DNA of 48,356 bases, counting the filler, from Sphacelaria rigidula (Eukaryota), in NCBI GenBank assembly GCA_964200075.2. It is 3 parts of 3 records of this genome, joined end to end, with 100 filler letters (N's around TTAATTAATTAA, not from the genome) between each part and the next. Parts side by side here need not be neighbours in the genome. Positions count along the whole stretch, not along the records: positions 1 to 16,053 come from CAXNAA020001501.1; 2 more parts are not named here. One strand, written 5' to 3'. The position numbers and the translations under genes were made by a program. Numbering within the stretch: position 1 is the stretch's first letter; every line of letters starts with the position of its first letter. Under the pieces are notes generated by a model that did no database searches, was not told where the DNA came from, and saw only the letters and a list, made by a program, of their open reading frames with translations. Positions 1 to 11,622 of this stretch are shown here, one piece after another.

Positions 1-205
1 CGTCTCACTGTGGTCCGTTTTAACTTGCAGCTCCTCCATTTGGCGACCGATTTCGGCTAGCACCATGTATTATTGAGTTTGTGTTTGCCACCCAATGGCA
101 GCTTTTGTCGCTCGGTTTCAGCGCGCGAATGCTACTACAGTAAGTTTCTCAACTTGGTTCGCACCTGAATGAGTTATCCCCGTTTAATTTTCCACGAAAA
201 AACAG

Positions 206-3200
206 TGGGTGTTTCTCTGGGCCCGACAGCGAGCCCAACGGGAGCTCCAACGGGAGCTCCGACGGGAGCCCCCACAGGAGCCCCCACGGGAACACCCACA
301 GCGAGCCCCACGATGGTGCCGACGGTAGTACCGACAATCATTGACGCAACAAGCACCATGACAGGAACTGTGATCTTGACAGGAATATCTGGAAAGACGG
401 ATGACGAAATCAAGGTGGGGCGCTGATTTTTGTCGTAGTCTTCCTTGATATGTGTTTAGTCAGAGCTCGTGTCTTTCCAAGTTTATAGGTTGGTGTTAGT
501 TTGTTGGTCGTATGACTTCCTTCCATGTTGCGTGTAGGGTATTATTGCATGCGGGGGTGCAGTCATATATTTTTCTTTTCGGAATTTTTTTTATTCCTGT
601 CTCGTCTCGTGTCACAGTTTGTGTCGTGTTTTTAGTCGCGTAGCTGTAAATTCGTTCTATTATGAATGTGTTTCCTTTCTTGTTCGTGTTGTCCCTTGTG
701 TTCGTTGCTTGAGTCTCACCATGATGGAGGAATTCCTTATAAACCACACCGACTGCAATACTTGTACGGTTGTTCTATCGGTGTGGTCTGTCGTTCACTC
801 TTTTGTCCGGCTCTTGAAGGAGGCGTTGGAGGCCAGTATGACCGAGGCTATGACGGCTGGGTCGGGCGATAACACCTTCACCACCGAAGTGGAAATCGAT
901 AAGATGGTCTCTACAGAAGCCGCCAGCACTACTAACTTAAGAAGGAGGCTACAGGTATGTGTTGTACACAAGGCAGTTTAACCCGAAGCAATGCATCGGG
1001 GATGGATCCTGTTTTGCCTGTATTGTTCTTAGGCAAGTAGCTCCTCCGGGAGCAGTATTTCCACGCTGTAACCACAGCGTGATGATGTGACCACTGACCT
1101 TCGAATTTCAATGTTGTAGGGCGGCATCATGAATTATGAGCCAAAATGACCCGCCTCACTGCAGGCAATCTCATCGATAGTAAAATTTCGTGCGTTACAC
1201 CAGGAGTTGTGAGATGTTGTGGGCACCCGTCTTCATGCTCGACTTGAATGCCGTCATGACTTTTTGTCACAATGCGTGCCGTCGAACCGGCTAGACTGGA
1301 GTATGTGCAGCACCAGCGTAGACCCTGCGTTCTAGAGAGGTCAAGACTGATGTATTTCAGCTCCATGCGTGTCCTCTGGAAGTCGTGATCCAGTCGGTTC
1401 CCTTAGGCCATGATTCAGTCGTTTTTTGTTGTGTATCATGTGCATCACTTCGTATTTTCCCTGAGTATGCGGATGCTTCTCTCACGGTTGTTACCTCTCA
1501 ACGAGAACTTTCTCGCTGCTGGCTACCCGAAAAAAACGATGTCGTTGTTTTGTTGCCTGAGTGATGCAGAAATGCATCGCGAATATGTTAATATAACGGG
1601 GGTCTTGGGTCCTTGTCTCGGCAACATAGACCACCGAACCCGATTTTGCCCAGAAACAGCCGAACGGCGAGAGGTGAAACGCGTGTTACTGTGTTTTAAA
1701 ACCACAATATTCGCAGGGGTGCGGATTGCTTCTAGTCAATTGTCACGGATGTTTCGTGTCATTGTTTACCACGATTGCAGTCGCACTCGTTTTTTTTTTT
1801 TTTTTTTTTAAAAAATAGATAATCCCCTTGGTTTTGATTACGCGGGGCGCTGCTGGTTTTTTGAGCGNNNNNNNNNNTCACCCAAGCACCTGGGAAGTGG
1901 GCAGGGTATTTTCTTTTTTTTTTTTACAAACAACGACGTCGCCCTCGTTTTTTTTTTTTTTTTTCAAGAAAAAATGAGATAGCCCGCTGGCTGCTGATAA
2001 GCCGGCACGCTAGTCGTTCTTATAGCGTCCGTTGCCGAGGACGCCGCGCTTGGCCGCTTTTATAGTGGCATCTATTTTTCGTGCAGAAATGCGCCCTTGT
2101 ACTCTGTGTAGGCAGTGCAGAAAACACGAATGGACAGTTTTCTTGACATTTCGTTGCCCCCGTGCAAATGTTCCGTTGAGTGCTCGGACGCTCGCATAGG
2201 GATTCGCAGTTTACATCGTTTGGTCTCTGTTTATTCCTCCCATTCCCTGTTTTTTTTCGAGCTTCCTCTGGCAAAAGAGCCTCTGATTCATTCACGTTGA
2301 GTACGTAACCACGGTTGGATTCCTAGCGAAGCAGTTAGTGAGCAACAATCGATCAATCAATCTGCGTTTTCAGTTCACCGAATGCTTCGTGTGTCTCTCC
2401 TCTTGGTTTGCTATGGCTATGACTATGGCTGTGCTGTCGCACGCGAAGACTTGCGACCCATCGGCCGGCGAGACATGCAAAGTTACCACGATCGCCACAA
2501 CCGTGTTTCAACCAGGGGAGGATGATTCATCCTTTGTGGCGTCGGCTCGAGGCATCGACAGCTTGCTCGTGAAAAGCAATTTAGAAACAGTTGCGGAAAC
2601 CATGGGGGTAGAGGCCTCCGAGGTACGTATCGAGTGTTTGCATTGTTAGCGGGTGCCTTGTTTCCCCCGTTGTTGGATGTTGTAGGCACGCGTGCGACTA
2701 ATCGACGGTTTGGCCGGTTTCGTTCGGTTGGCATGTCGGGAGTGTTTCGCGTGCTGTCTTGTTTTGTCAGGATTGGCGTGCGAGATGTTGCCAACGCCAA
2801 CAAACGCATGGGAATCATGTTGCAGTTCTGTACCGAGCCAGTCGTAAATATGGCCAAGCGCTGATGGTCTTCAATTTCGATTGTTGCACGCCGAAGATTG
2901 CCATGGTCCTCGTTTCCTTTAAAAAAATCGTCGACAGTGTCGCTAAACGGAGCTCGAGCAGCAGGTAGGATACGCACGAAAGCTTTTGAAGACGTGACTT
3001 GTGCATGCCGTGGCCGTTGTGAGCGATGCTGTGACTGGTGCGTGCTGAATGAAAAAATAGCTGGTGTGGTGAATCATCGAGCATCCAAATGGAATGGCGT
3101 AAATTCTCCTCTATCGTGATGATGTACGGCAGGTGGAAGTGAAGGACTTTTCCGTCAGCGCTAGCTCGGCGGATCCGGTTTTGGTGCCCGACGGAAACGG

Positions 3201-6200
3201 CGTTGTTGGGCAAGAAACTGCAGGCTCCGACTCGGAGGACCCCACAAGCATCAACTTCTGGCTGTTTATTCTGGCAGTGGTGCTTCTGCTTCTGCTGTGG
3301 TGTTGCTGCCTTGGCTGGGTGAGTTGATGAATCCTGTAACAAATGACGGGCTCTGAAGTTTGATTTGCCCCCCGAAACTTCGTTGGAGCTGTGTAGACCT
3401 CATTGGTGCGGCGGTTGCATGTCGACCTTGAACATCCAGCTGTGTAGACCGACACATCGATGTGTCCAGAGGCGTGACCTTGTCTTCGTTTCGTCTCCCG
3501 TTCTACTTGGACCATTTATCTTTGTGCCAAAAGCCAAAAATATATGATTTTATTTTGCCTTGGAGTCTTTTCACAATAGCCCCCCCCCACCCACCCCCAA
3601 AAAGGAGAAAAAGAAACAGCCCAAAACTGTCACTAAGAAACTGATACTTGGTTTCAGGCTGCATGAAGCGCCTCATATGGGCGGCATTGGCGAAAAACGA
3701 ACCGACGGGCGGGATTTCCCAGCTGGTTGTTGTGCTTGACCTCTTCATTTCGGTTCACGTGTAGATTTTGCCTACCCAAACTAACCTTTTTTTGTGGGGG
3801 GGGGGGCGTACTCATTTGTTGCTTGCCTTAGTCATTTGACCATTGACCACGCATCCCTTTCGAGACGAAGCTTTTTTTGTGGGGGGGGGGGGGCTATCGT
3901 CAAAAGTGTCTTCGTTCATAATTTTTCGAGAAATGTCACGCCATGGGGCCCTTTTCACCATTTCGCATTTTGCGAATAACAGTACGAACTCCCGTATGCG
4001 AGCTTTCTTCACCGGGAAAACGTCAGTTGGTGTTCTGTGCACGAATCCGTCACATGAGTAGTATACTTGAACTTGGAGTGGTACACCGATGTGGTGGGCT
4101 GCATTATCAACAGTTCTAATATTTGCAGAAAAATAAACATATCTTGACCAAGGAAACGTCAATTGTGAAGCGTCACTCTTGTCTAAACGGTTCCAAAAGG
4201 GTTAGGAGAAAAAATACAAGTGCATGCACTTAGGGGTGGTGGCCAAAAGTCGTCCCAAATTTTGAAAAGTGCATGCTCTTCTGATCATGGAGGGTGCAAT
4301 CAATTAGTGTTTCCCCGGTATATATTGGTCACGCCGCTCTTTTGTCATGGTAGCCCAATCGATCATGGTGCCTCTGTCATGAAGCACCAGAATATAATTA
4401 TGTTTGAACACTCACCGCCTGTACAGTAATACCTACAACAGAAATCATGTGTACTGGTAGCAAAGTGGGTGTCGCGGGCTCATCATTACTTGCAACAGAG
4501 GCGTACTTGTTTCCAGCTCTCGGAGAAGGTGTGGGGCCTCGCCTGATGTTGTTTTTTGCCCATTATCAATCCAAAGGGAGGCCCCGTAATGGACAGTACT
4601 GTACGGTATTCTACAATGCTGAGTGTATTCCGGCCAAAGCAAGCGTTCTGTGCATATAAATGTACAGGGGATAAAAGCTGGAAGCTCGAGGCCATTGTGC
4701 TGCTCCACTACTCTTCGTGCGTGTCGTTATGCTGACCGTCCACAATGCGGGGGATCACATAGTGTCGTTTTGTTTATTTCGTTGGTTGTGCCGTCTCAGC
4801 TGTGGCAGCGTGTGAAGAGCGATCGTGAGAGCGACGAGGACTACACCAGCAGTGCCCGCTGGGGGGGTGATAAGCACCGAGGCATGGCGTCCCCCGTTAA
4901 GCACCAACAGATGCCGCCGTCGGAGGAGATGAAGCAGGTGCGTTCGTCGAGAGCGACTCGCTTTTGGCTGTCATTCCTTGAACCTGTCTTTCTCGCTGTG
5001 TTCCCTTCTCTATATGTCATGCCCCATGGCGTTTTGCGTTGATTGGGGTGTGCTTGGCTCAAGTTAACTTTTTTTTATTATTCTCTTCAGTCACGTCTTC
5101 GTCTACTATGCCGTTCTGTTCGACTTTTATTTTCTTTCCTTTCATTTTTTCTGTTCCTTCTTTCCTTCAGCGAGTGTCTCAGTCTTGTTTTTCTTGGGGT
5201 ACGCCAATCATGACACCACGACTGGACCCCTGGGGGATCAGTTAAAGTGCGACAATCAATAGAATCAATCAAGAAGGAAGGCGACGGGATAGGTGTGTCT
5301 TTTGTGGAGCATGGCATTTTTTATTTTGTTGCCGTTGTGTTTGTCCTCGGGCACGTCTTATCTGCTTATCTGTGGCCACGGCTGGATTACGAGGGGATCG
5401 TTATTCAATGTGCGGCAGTCAGTCGATCAATCGATCATTTGTGTCGGGTGACACATTTCGTTTGTTTCATCTTGTTTCTACCGGGTAGGTCAAGCTAGGA
5501 AAAAAAGGATTTTATCCTCCCAGACATGTCGCGTCGGCGAACGAACGAGGAATGTACGATAAAGAGACACACCTGTCGTGCGATCACACACTGACGCTGC
5601 AAGTATAGCTCGGGATTCGAGGCTGACACGGTTGAGGGGGGATCAATTCATGCGCTGATCGTGAGTGTGGTGAAGTCACTTACGTTTTCAAAGTGATGGA
5701 AAAAACGCGCGCTTTCACAGCACAGAGAAGGACGCTCCTAGGGCGAAGCATGAACATTCCGAGCTTCCCACCCCTGTTTTCCATCCTGGGAAATATTGTT
5801 TCGTGCAGGATGATCGTGCGGTGCAAAATGTGATGGCTCAACAAAGGGAACAGGTCGACCTGGGGCTAGGGCAAACTCTGGCAGAGATCCCGGAGGAGGC
5901 GTCCCAGACGTCCAGCCAAGACGGTGGAACGCCGACCCTTGGCCGAGGAAGTAGTGTCGTGAGCAGCGCGGAGATGCTGAGTGCCAGTGGTTTGCCCACC
6001 GCTAGGGCCGTGGACGTGGCGGGCGGTGGACGTCAGACATGGTCCACCGATCAGGTGTGTATAACGTGCATGATGACCGGTTGTGTTCTGTGTTCCGTTT
6101 CAAATTTTGTCCGCACTTGATTGTTTTCATTTTTATTATACGAGCTGGGCCAGCCAAGAGTACGTGTGCGCTCAGGCGACGCATGGCGCGATATCAGGAG

Positions 6201-9200
6201 TTGGACTCAGAAATTTGGACAGCAGCTTTTCATGATCGAAATGCATAAGATCACGGGTCCAGCAAATAAAAATATAACAGTAATAACAAAAAGTTATAGG
6301 CATTTGAAATTTCAGCCAAAACAAGATAATGCCGTAAGTCCGGGAAAAAAAGGAGAGTCTGCAGCTGGACACATGAAGTATCAGTTCCTTGGGCGCAGAA
6401 GGTCTTCCTGAAATTTCAGCTCAAGACTCGTCGAATTGGGCCGTGCGTTTAACATTTTCCGTGACGCTGCTGCACCCCTATGAATCATGTGATGGGAGAC
6501 TCCAATTATGAAGGTCATGAGTTCGAATCCCGACAGGTTCTTTTTTTTTTTTCGTCCGTCGTTAAGGCCATACATATTTTTCAATTTTTTTTCATTCAGC
6601 GGCGGTGCCGTGTGTCACCAGGTTGGTGTACACTTCACATTGATATGCTTACATCGGGTTCGGTCGGGAAACTGGGGAAGCTGTCGTGTGAGCAAGTTTT
6701 AGCAGCTTTTAAGCTGGCCCAGCTCGTAGTGATGCTTCCTCCACGTCTCGGTTAGGTTGCTGTGATTCTGATTCATGCCGCATTTTTACCGTCCTCATCG
6801 TATGAGTTATACCATCAGACCACCGGGGCGCGGAGGATTGTAGTCTAGCTTGGAGGTTGGAGATTGAAGCGTACCACCTAGGTCCTTCGAGGCTAGCATG
6901 GTACAGGAAAGCCATAATATCCAAAACAACACGGTGCTGTATCAGTATGCACTTGATGTCCATGTTCACAAGGTATATCTTCCCAGGTGGGCGGGTGATC
7001 ATATGTATCGCTATTATCTGTACATGATCAAGTATTGCTCCCTTGGTCCATGGTGTGAACTTTTAGATCGGCCATTCCTACCCTCAGAGATGGCGTCTTG
7101 CCCCGGAGGGTTGAGATAGCCTCAGAGGCTCATTGTTATTCCGAATATCAGGGCGGATCTTACCTGCCGAAAGAGATGCACCGTTGACAAAATACACTCC
7201 ATAAGACGAATCACCTTAAAGCTATCGACGCGCACCTCTCCTCGAAATTTCCGGGACTGCTTGTCAAACTACGCGGACGGAACCGGCGGAGGGGCTTTTG
7301 GGGCTCTGTATCTTCCTCCCAAGTATCTGATTTCCATGATCGAAAGCGTGGGTGCGAATGTGCGCGTATTTTGGCATGTTCTCACGCGTTTAGGGCGGGT
7401 AGGAAAGGAGTCATCACGGTAGGGTGTGTTGACGTTTTTTTTTTTTGCACGCCTATAACAACCATTTCCCTTCCCTCTGGACGAGTCTGTGGTCTCAAGG
7501 AATCAATATATATATATATATCTCCCGCGGTGCACGCCGTGCAAATCGGTATCAACAATATTTTCGTGAGATTGAAGAGTCTAGGATACGATTGAAAGTG
7601 AGAAGTGGTTAACCAATGAGTGAAATAGTTTCAATTCCGAAATGCCCTTCCGGGCCTCTTACGAGGCCCGGTACGCTCACTTAGAGAGGAAGGGAGAGCC
7701 TGACATTTTTTCCAAGTACCGCTTGTATACAGCCTTTTTTCAAGTGCCGCTCGTGGTAGTTCGTACAACAGGCTGCAGATCAGTTGAGGAATGCGCCGGA
7801 AGATCATAACAGCAATCAATTCGGAATGTACACGAGTCTACAGATTAGTATTCTGCAGTAGCGTGCTACAGAAGCCTCTGGTATCCCTGAGTAGGACATC
7901 GACGTGTAGCTGTAAGCACCAGACAGTGTAACCGGCAAAGAAGAACTCACAAAAAATGAAAAAACTGGTCAGTCTGGAGCGAATAATGTAGCTCAAGAAC
8001 AATCAATGCTAGACTGTCAGTCTAACGAAAACGTTGTTTATCGGGGATTGGGCTGGCACTCTCGCACCGCGCCGGTTCTTGTCAGAATAATTATTTTTGT
8101 CAACCCTTTTGAAACCCATTGACAATTTTTGTTTTTAGTGAGTTGGCGTCATTTTCGAACATCTTCAAGTCAAATCGGATCATATCTTCACGTGAAAAGA
8201 AGAAAAGAGAAGAAAAACACATGCATAGGCCGAGAGCCGAAGCGGCTCAGTCCCAAGCTAATGATGTTTGATGCGAGATTACGGAAAAGGAAGTTCCCCA
8301 CGGCAGCGGGTTATGTCGGAGTTATATTTTGTTGCTGTTGTTGATGGTGCTTTAAAAAAAACTCACTTTCCCATTTATTTTGGTGTTTTGAATTCATTCA
8401 TGATGCCATATTTCCAAAATGAGTGCGTGTTGTCGTTCTCCCAGTGTTTGTGTTCCTTTTCCCCGTTTTTTCCCCTCGTCGACATTAGGTGTTTGCAGTC
8501 GATGTCCATTCTTTTCTCTCATCTCGTCCTCCCCTCCCCCCCTCCCCCTCCCACAAATTTCGCCTCATCGTTGTTCCATTTTGATTCCCTCAGCGACAAT
8601 CTGTTGAAACCAGCAGTGAAATGAGCGATGACCTCGCAGCAGGTGGTGGTCAGCGTCGGTTAGGGAGTTTCAACACGTCCAGCTCTGCACCGTACAGCAC
8701 GAGCGAAGGTGCTACTACCGGCTTTTTTATCATAGGGGGGGTGCTCCGTGGTTGGACCAATGCATGTTGGTTGATACCAGTACTTCGTGGTGTTACTTTC
8801 ACATCTAGATTTGTTTTTGTTTGTGTTAGTGCGAGATTGAAAATAAAAAACGATGGACATGCGAAATTTGCGCAGTCTGCCGATAGCACGTTTGCGGTGG
8901 AGTAAAACACGGATACTCTGGGTGAAAATGTACTCACTTATAGAGAAAGTTAGGTGTATGGGGGGGGGGGGGGCTGTCAGTGCAGGAAGAACAAGCGATT
9001 GGGTTTTCCGAGCATACGTCGAAGGACGTCTCTCTACTGTGGTTTGAGGTTGATGACATCTTGCGGTAGAGAGCGGAGTTCTTCGCTATCCGACGTCTAG
9101 CCGAGACGGTGCTTCGGTAGACTTGCGGTCGACGCGGGAAATGGTTGAAGATGATTTGCACAGTTTTTGCCGTACCCGAGAGATGGTGTGTGCATTGAGG

Positions 9201-10658
9201 TGACGTTCGATGAACCATTTCGAACATAACGAACTGAAAGCATGTTTCAACGTGCGACAGTTGTGAGACTAGCTTCCAAATTATATGTTTTATTGTCGGG
9301 GAAATTTTGGAACTGTCCAGAGAAGTCCCAGATTGAGCGCCTCATGCCCTGCTTGGGGTCGGGAAGATTATGTTTGAATGAGAAGGAGCCCCAGCAAAGA
9401 CAAAGCCTTCTGGACCGATATTTGTTGTACACGGAGAATCGTTCGATCAGTAGAGGTTACCACTTGATTGGGTGGAACTTTCCCGGAATTTCATTACTTG
9501 AGTGTGAACACCGATGTTTGGGTCTTATTTCATACCCTATATTGGGGGTAGTTGGCCTGTGACCACAGAAGCCGTCCGCGTCAGATGCCCGATACAGTGT
9601 ACTGCGCAGGTATCGGAATAATTTTTAATGCGAAGATAACAACAACGACAGTTCATGGTGGGGCGGACAGTCCGCAGTGCTCCTATTTACTAGCGTGCGC
9701 AGACGCGTTTTTGTCTACACCAGCGCACCGATGCGAAGTCCACCAACGCCACAATTTGCCTCGGGAATAAATTTCACCCTCCTCACCCAAGGGTTATTGT
9801 ATGCATTGGCTTAGAGTTGAGGTCGGAGTCAGGATTAGTGTGAGGTAGCATATATTTGGGTTTGTTTTAGACCAAGCGGTAAATTGACCTCTAGTTGATT
9901 TCCAAAGTTGATTCGTTCGGCCCCAGGCCAATGAATCCTAACCCGCTATCTCCCGTAAATTCATTTTTCCGCCTGAAATGATTGAATGTATTGGGAGATA
10001 CGGTGAGGCGCATTGGTGAGAATGATGCTCACTCCTGACGTGCAGGGATCAGCATTGGTGGGATGCTATTTTAATCATCTTCGGTTCTGTTTTCGAGAGC
10101 TGACGATTTGAGGAGTTGGCTACCGATCCTAGCGATACCGTTTTCAAATGAATTACCCTGCACACGTCGTAATCACTCCTCGTTCGACTGGAAAAAGTTC
10201 ACGTACGCGCGAACTTCAGCGGCAGTGATACACCCGTCTCTATCCCCCGTCCGCATCCCACAAGAAACGCTGGTCATCCATGCATGATACCAGCCCATTG
10301 CTGACTGAAACAAGCTTTTCTGTATCCAAGCCTGAAAACTCCTCACCTCATAGTCCCCATCGTAACGTGAATTTACATGGTCCGTACCGCTGCCTTCTTT
10401 CCCTTCCGCTTCCCAGGTTACGGGAGTTCCAGCCACGTATCCGGATCTTTGGCGTCTTCGAACGTCACGTCGGGATCTTTCGATTCAGAAGACGAAGCTT
10501 CATCCATCGACTCAAGCAGCGTCAGTGGGGAGGCATCAGGCCAAGCAAGGGCGACTAGACGTACTGCATCACGAACGGCGGGCGGTGGGGTCACTTCCTC
10601 CGAACCGGGAAGCGGGATGTTTCATTCGGAGAGTTCGGCAGCGGCCGGGCAGGAGTGA
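206..10658 (+). CDS. 5'-partial spliced gene for a single-pass (type I-like) membrane protein with PT-repeat mucin-like stalk, TM helix and Ser/Gly-rich tail; exons 206-414, 820-954, 2449-2622, 3133-3318, 4800-4937, 5809-6054, 8594-8708, 10417-10658
   Basis: Each exon has an AG acceptor and, except the last, a GT donor. Phases join into one open frame of about 480 aa ending at TGA 10656-10658. The product shows (PTGA)n repeats, LRRRLQ, a hydrophobic FWLFILAVVLLLLLWCCC segment and a low-complexity Ser-rich C-terminus. The start codon was not located. Confidence 0.8.
223..333 (+). repeat. Coding 12-bp tandem repeat encoding PTAS/PTGA/PTGT units
   Basis: Repeated ccCacGggagc-type units translate as PTASPTGAPTGAPTGAPTGAPTGTPTASPT. 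Confidence 0.85.
3574..3899. mobile_element. MITE family A copy (TIR C[G/A]ATAGCCCCCC...GGGGGGCTATCG) carrying a LINE 3'-end insertion
   Basis: Terminal inverted repeats are visible. The internal sequence (gcgcctcatatg...ggcgaaaa.gaacc...agattttgcct) matches 30801-31010 and 15350-16053. Confidence 0.75.
3805..3870 (-). mobile_element. Severely 5'-truncated copy of the LINE 3' end
   Basis: The reverse complement matches 34094-34160. It is flanked by a duplicated ctttttttgtggggggggggg. Confidence 0.8.
5215..5270 (+). repeat. Short dispersed repeat ending in a (CAAT)n tail, probably a retroposon 3' end; other copies at ~2311-2361, 5376-5438, 30386-30435 (-), 31736-31785, 35788-35838
   Basis: The copies share the core CACGGCTGGA...GGATCAGTTAAAGTGCGACAAT, followed in most copies by CAAT/ATCA repeats. 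Confidence 0.65.
7554..8038. mobile_element. MITE family B copy (TIR AACAA..TTTTCGTGAGATTGA)
   Basis: Ends aacaatattttcgtgagattga / cagtctaacgaaaacgttgtt. The internal ccctgagtaggacatcgacgtgtagctgtaagcac is shared with 23085-23384 and 23438-23740. Confidence 0.7.
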
Positions 10659-11419
10659 TGGGTGCATGTGGATTGACTGCCTGTTGCTGACGGGTGGGTT
10701 GGGCGTGTCCTATGACGAAATTACGCCGTTACGTTGACTTGCAAAGGCACTCCGGATAGTGACATGTTGTAAAGGCTGGCAACTGAAACTGAGGCCAGAG
10801 CGACTGGGGAGTCCCTCAAACAGCAGTGATCCAGCAGTCCTTGTGGCTGGCGTCACAGTCCCGAGGCTCGTATGCTGCGGGCAGCTTTTGATTCCGGCTT
10901 CGCCCCGTATGCACCCAAACTGCTGCAGATGAAAAATGTGCGCCTGTCATCGGATCACGATGAAAGCACGCATGGGTGAGGCATGAATAGCTTCTGACAC
11001 GGAGTAGAAAACTCCCGTTTGTTGGTTTACAATATCCGCCTAGATGTTTTTTTGTTAGGAGCTGGTGCGTTTTGTGATGGGCTGTGACCGTGGTCATTTG
11101 GTCTTGTTTTTGTGCAAGCTCGTTTTTTCCCACAGATCTTGACCAACGATATTTTTTCCTCTTGAAAAGTTTGTCCGCGTCAGTGCTCGAGTCCTATGAG
11201 TTGAAGTTTCACGAGTATATGTGTACGAATTTGAGAAGAAACAAACAAACGAACTAGCCATCTTTTATTTTATTTTATTTGCTGTTCGCCCTTCCAAGTC
11301 GATTTGAGAATTCTCGATTGCGGCTATACCGGTCATGTCTCGAGTTTACTTGAACCCCTTGCGTGCCAAGTGCTCCATATGTCCGTCCCATCGATCGACC
11401 TTGGTTAGACAGCCATGAA

Positions 11420-11535
11420 GCAGTGTAAAAGCCGTTGCTGTCTCTGGAAGTGGCGATATCACAGAGTAAAGCAACTCATTGTTGGCTGGCATCCAGATGC
11501 AAGATAATGAGTAGGCTTCGGGCCGAACAATCTCA
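11420..11535. repeat. Dispersed repeat, second copy at 48207-48310
   Basis: gcagtgtaaaagccgt...tctctggaagtg...catcca.at.caagataa...gcttcgggccgaa.aatc is present at both places. Confidence 0.7.
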
Positions 11536-11549
11536 GGAGNNNNNNNNNN

Positions 11550-11622
11550 GCCCCGACCCGGCATTGTAGGGATGCGAGGTCAATGGTCTGATGACTATGG
11601 CATGCATGATCATGAGTACACC
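11550..11622. repeat. Dispersed repeat, inverted copy at ~28600-28700 and related stretch at ~47928-47976
   Basis: gtagggatgcgaggtcaatggtct..tgacta is matched by the reverse complement tagtcacaagaccattgacctcgcgtccctac. Confidence 0.6.

Noticed and set aside
6505..6545. GAGTTCGAATCCC followed by a T run, like a tRNA box B
   Set aside because: I could not build a cloverleaf or find a box A, so it is at most a decayed SINE fragment.
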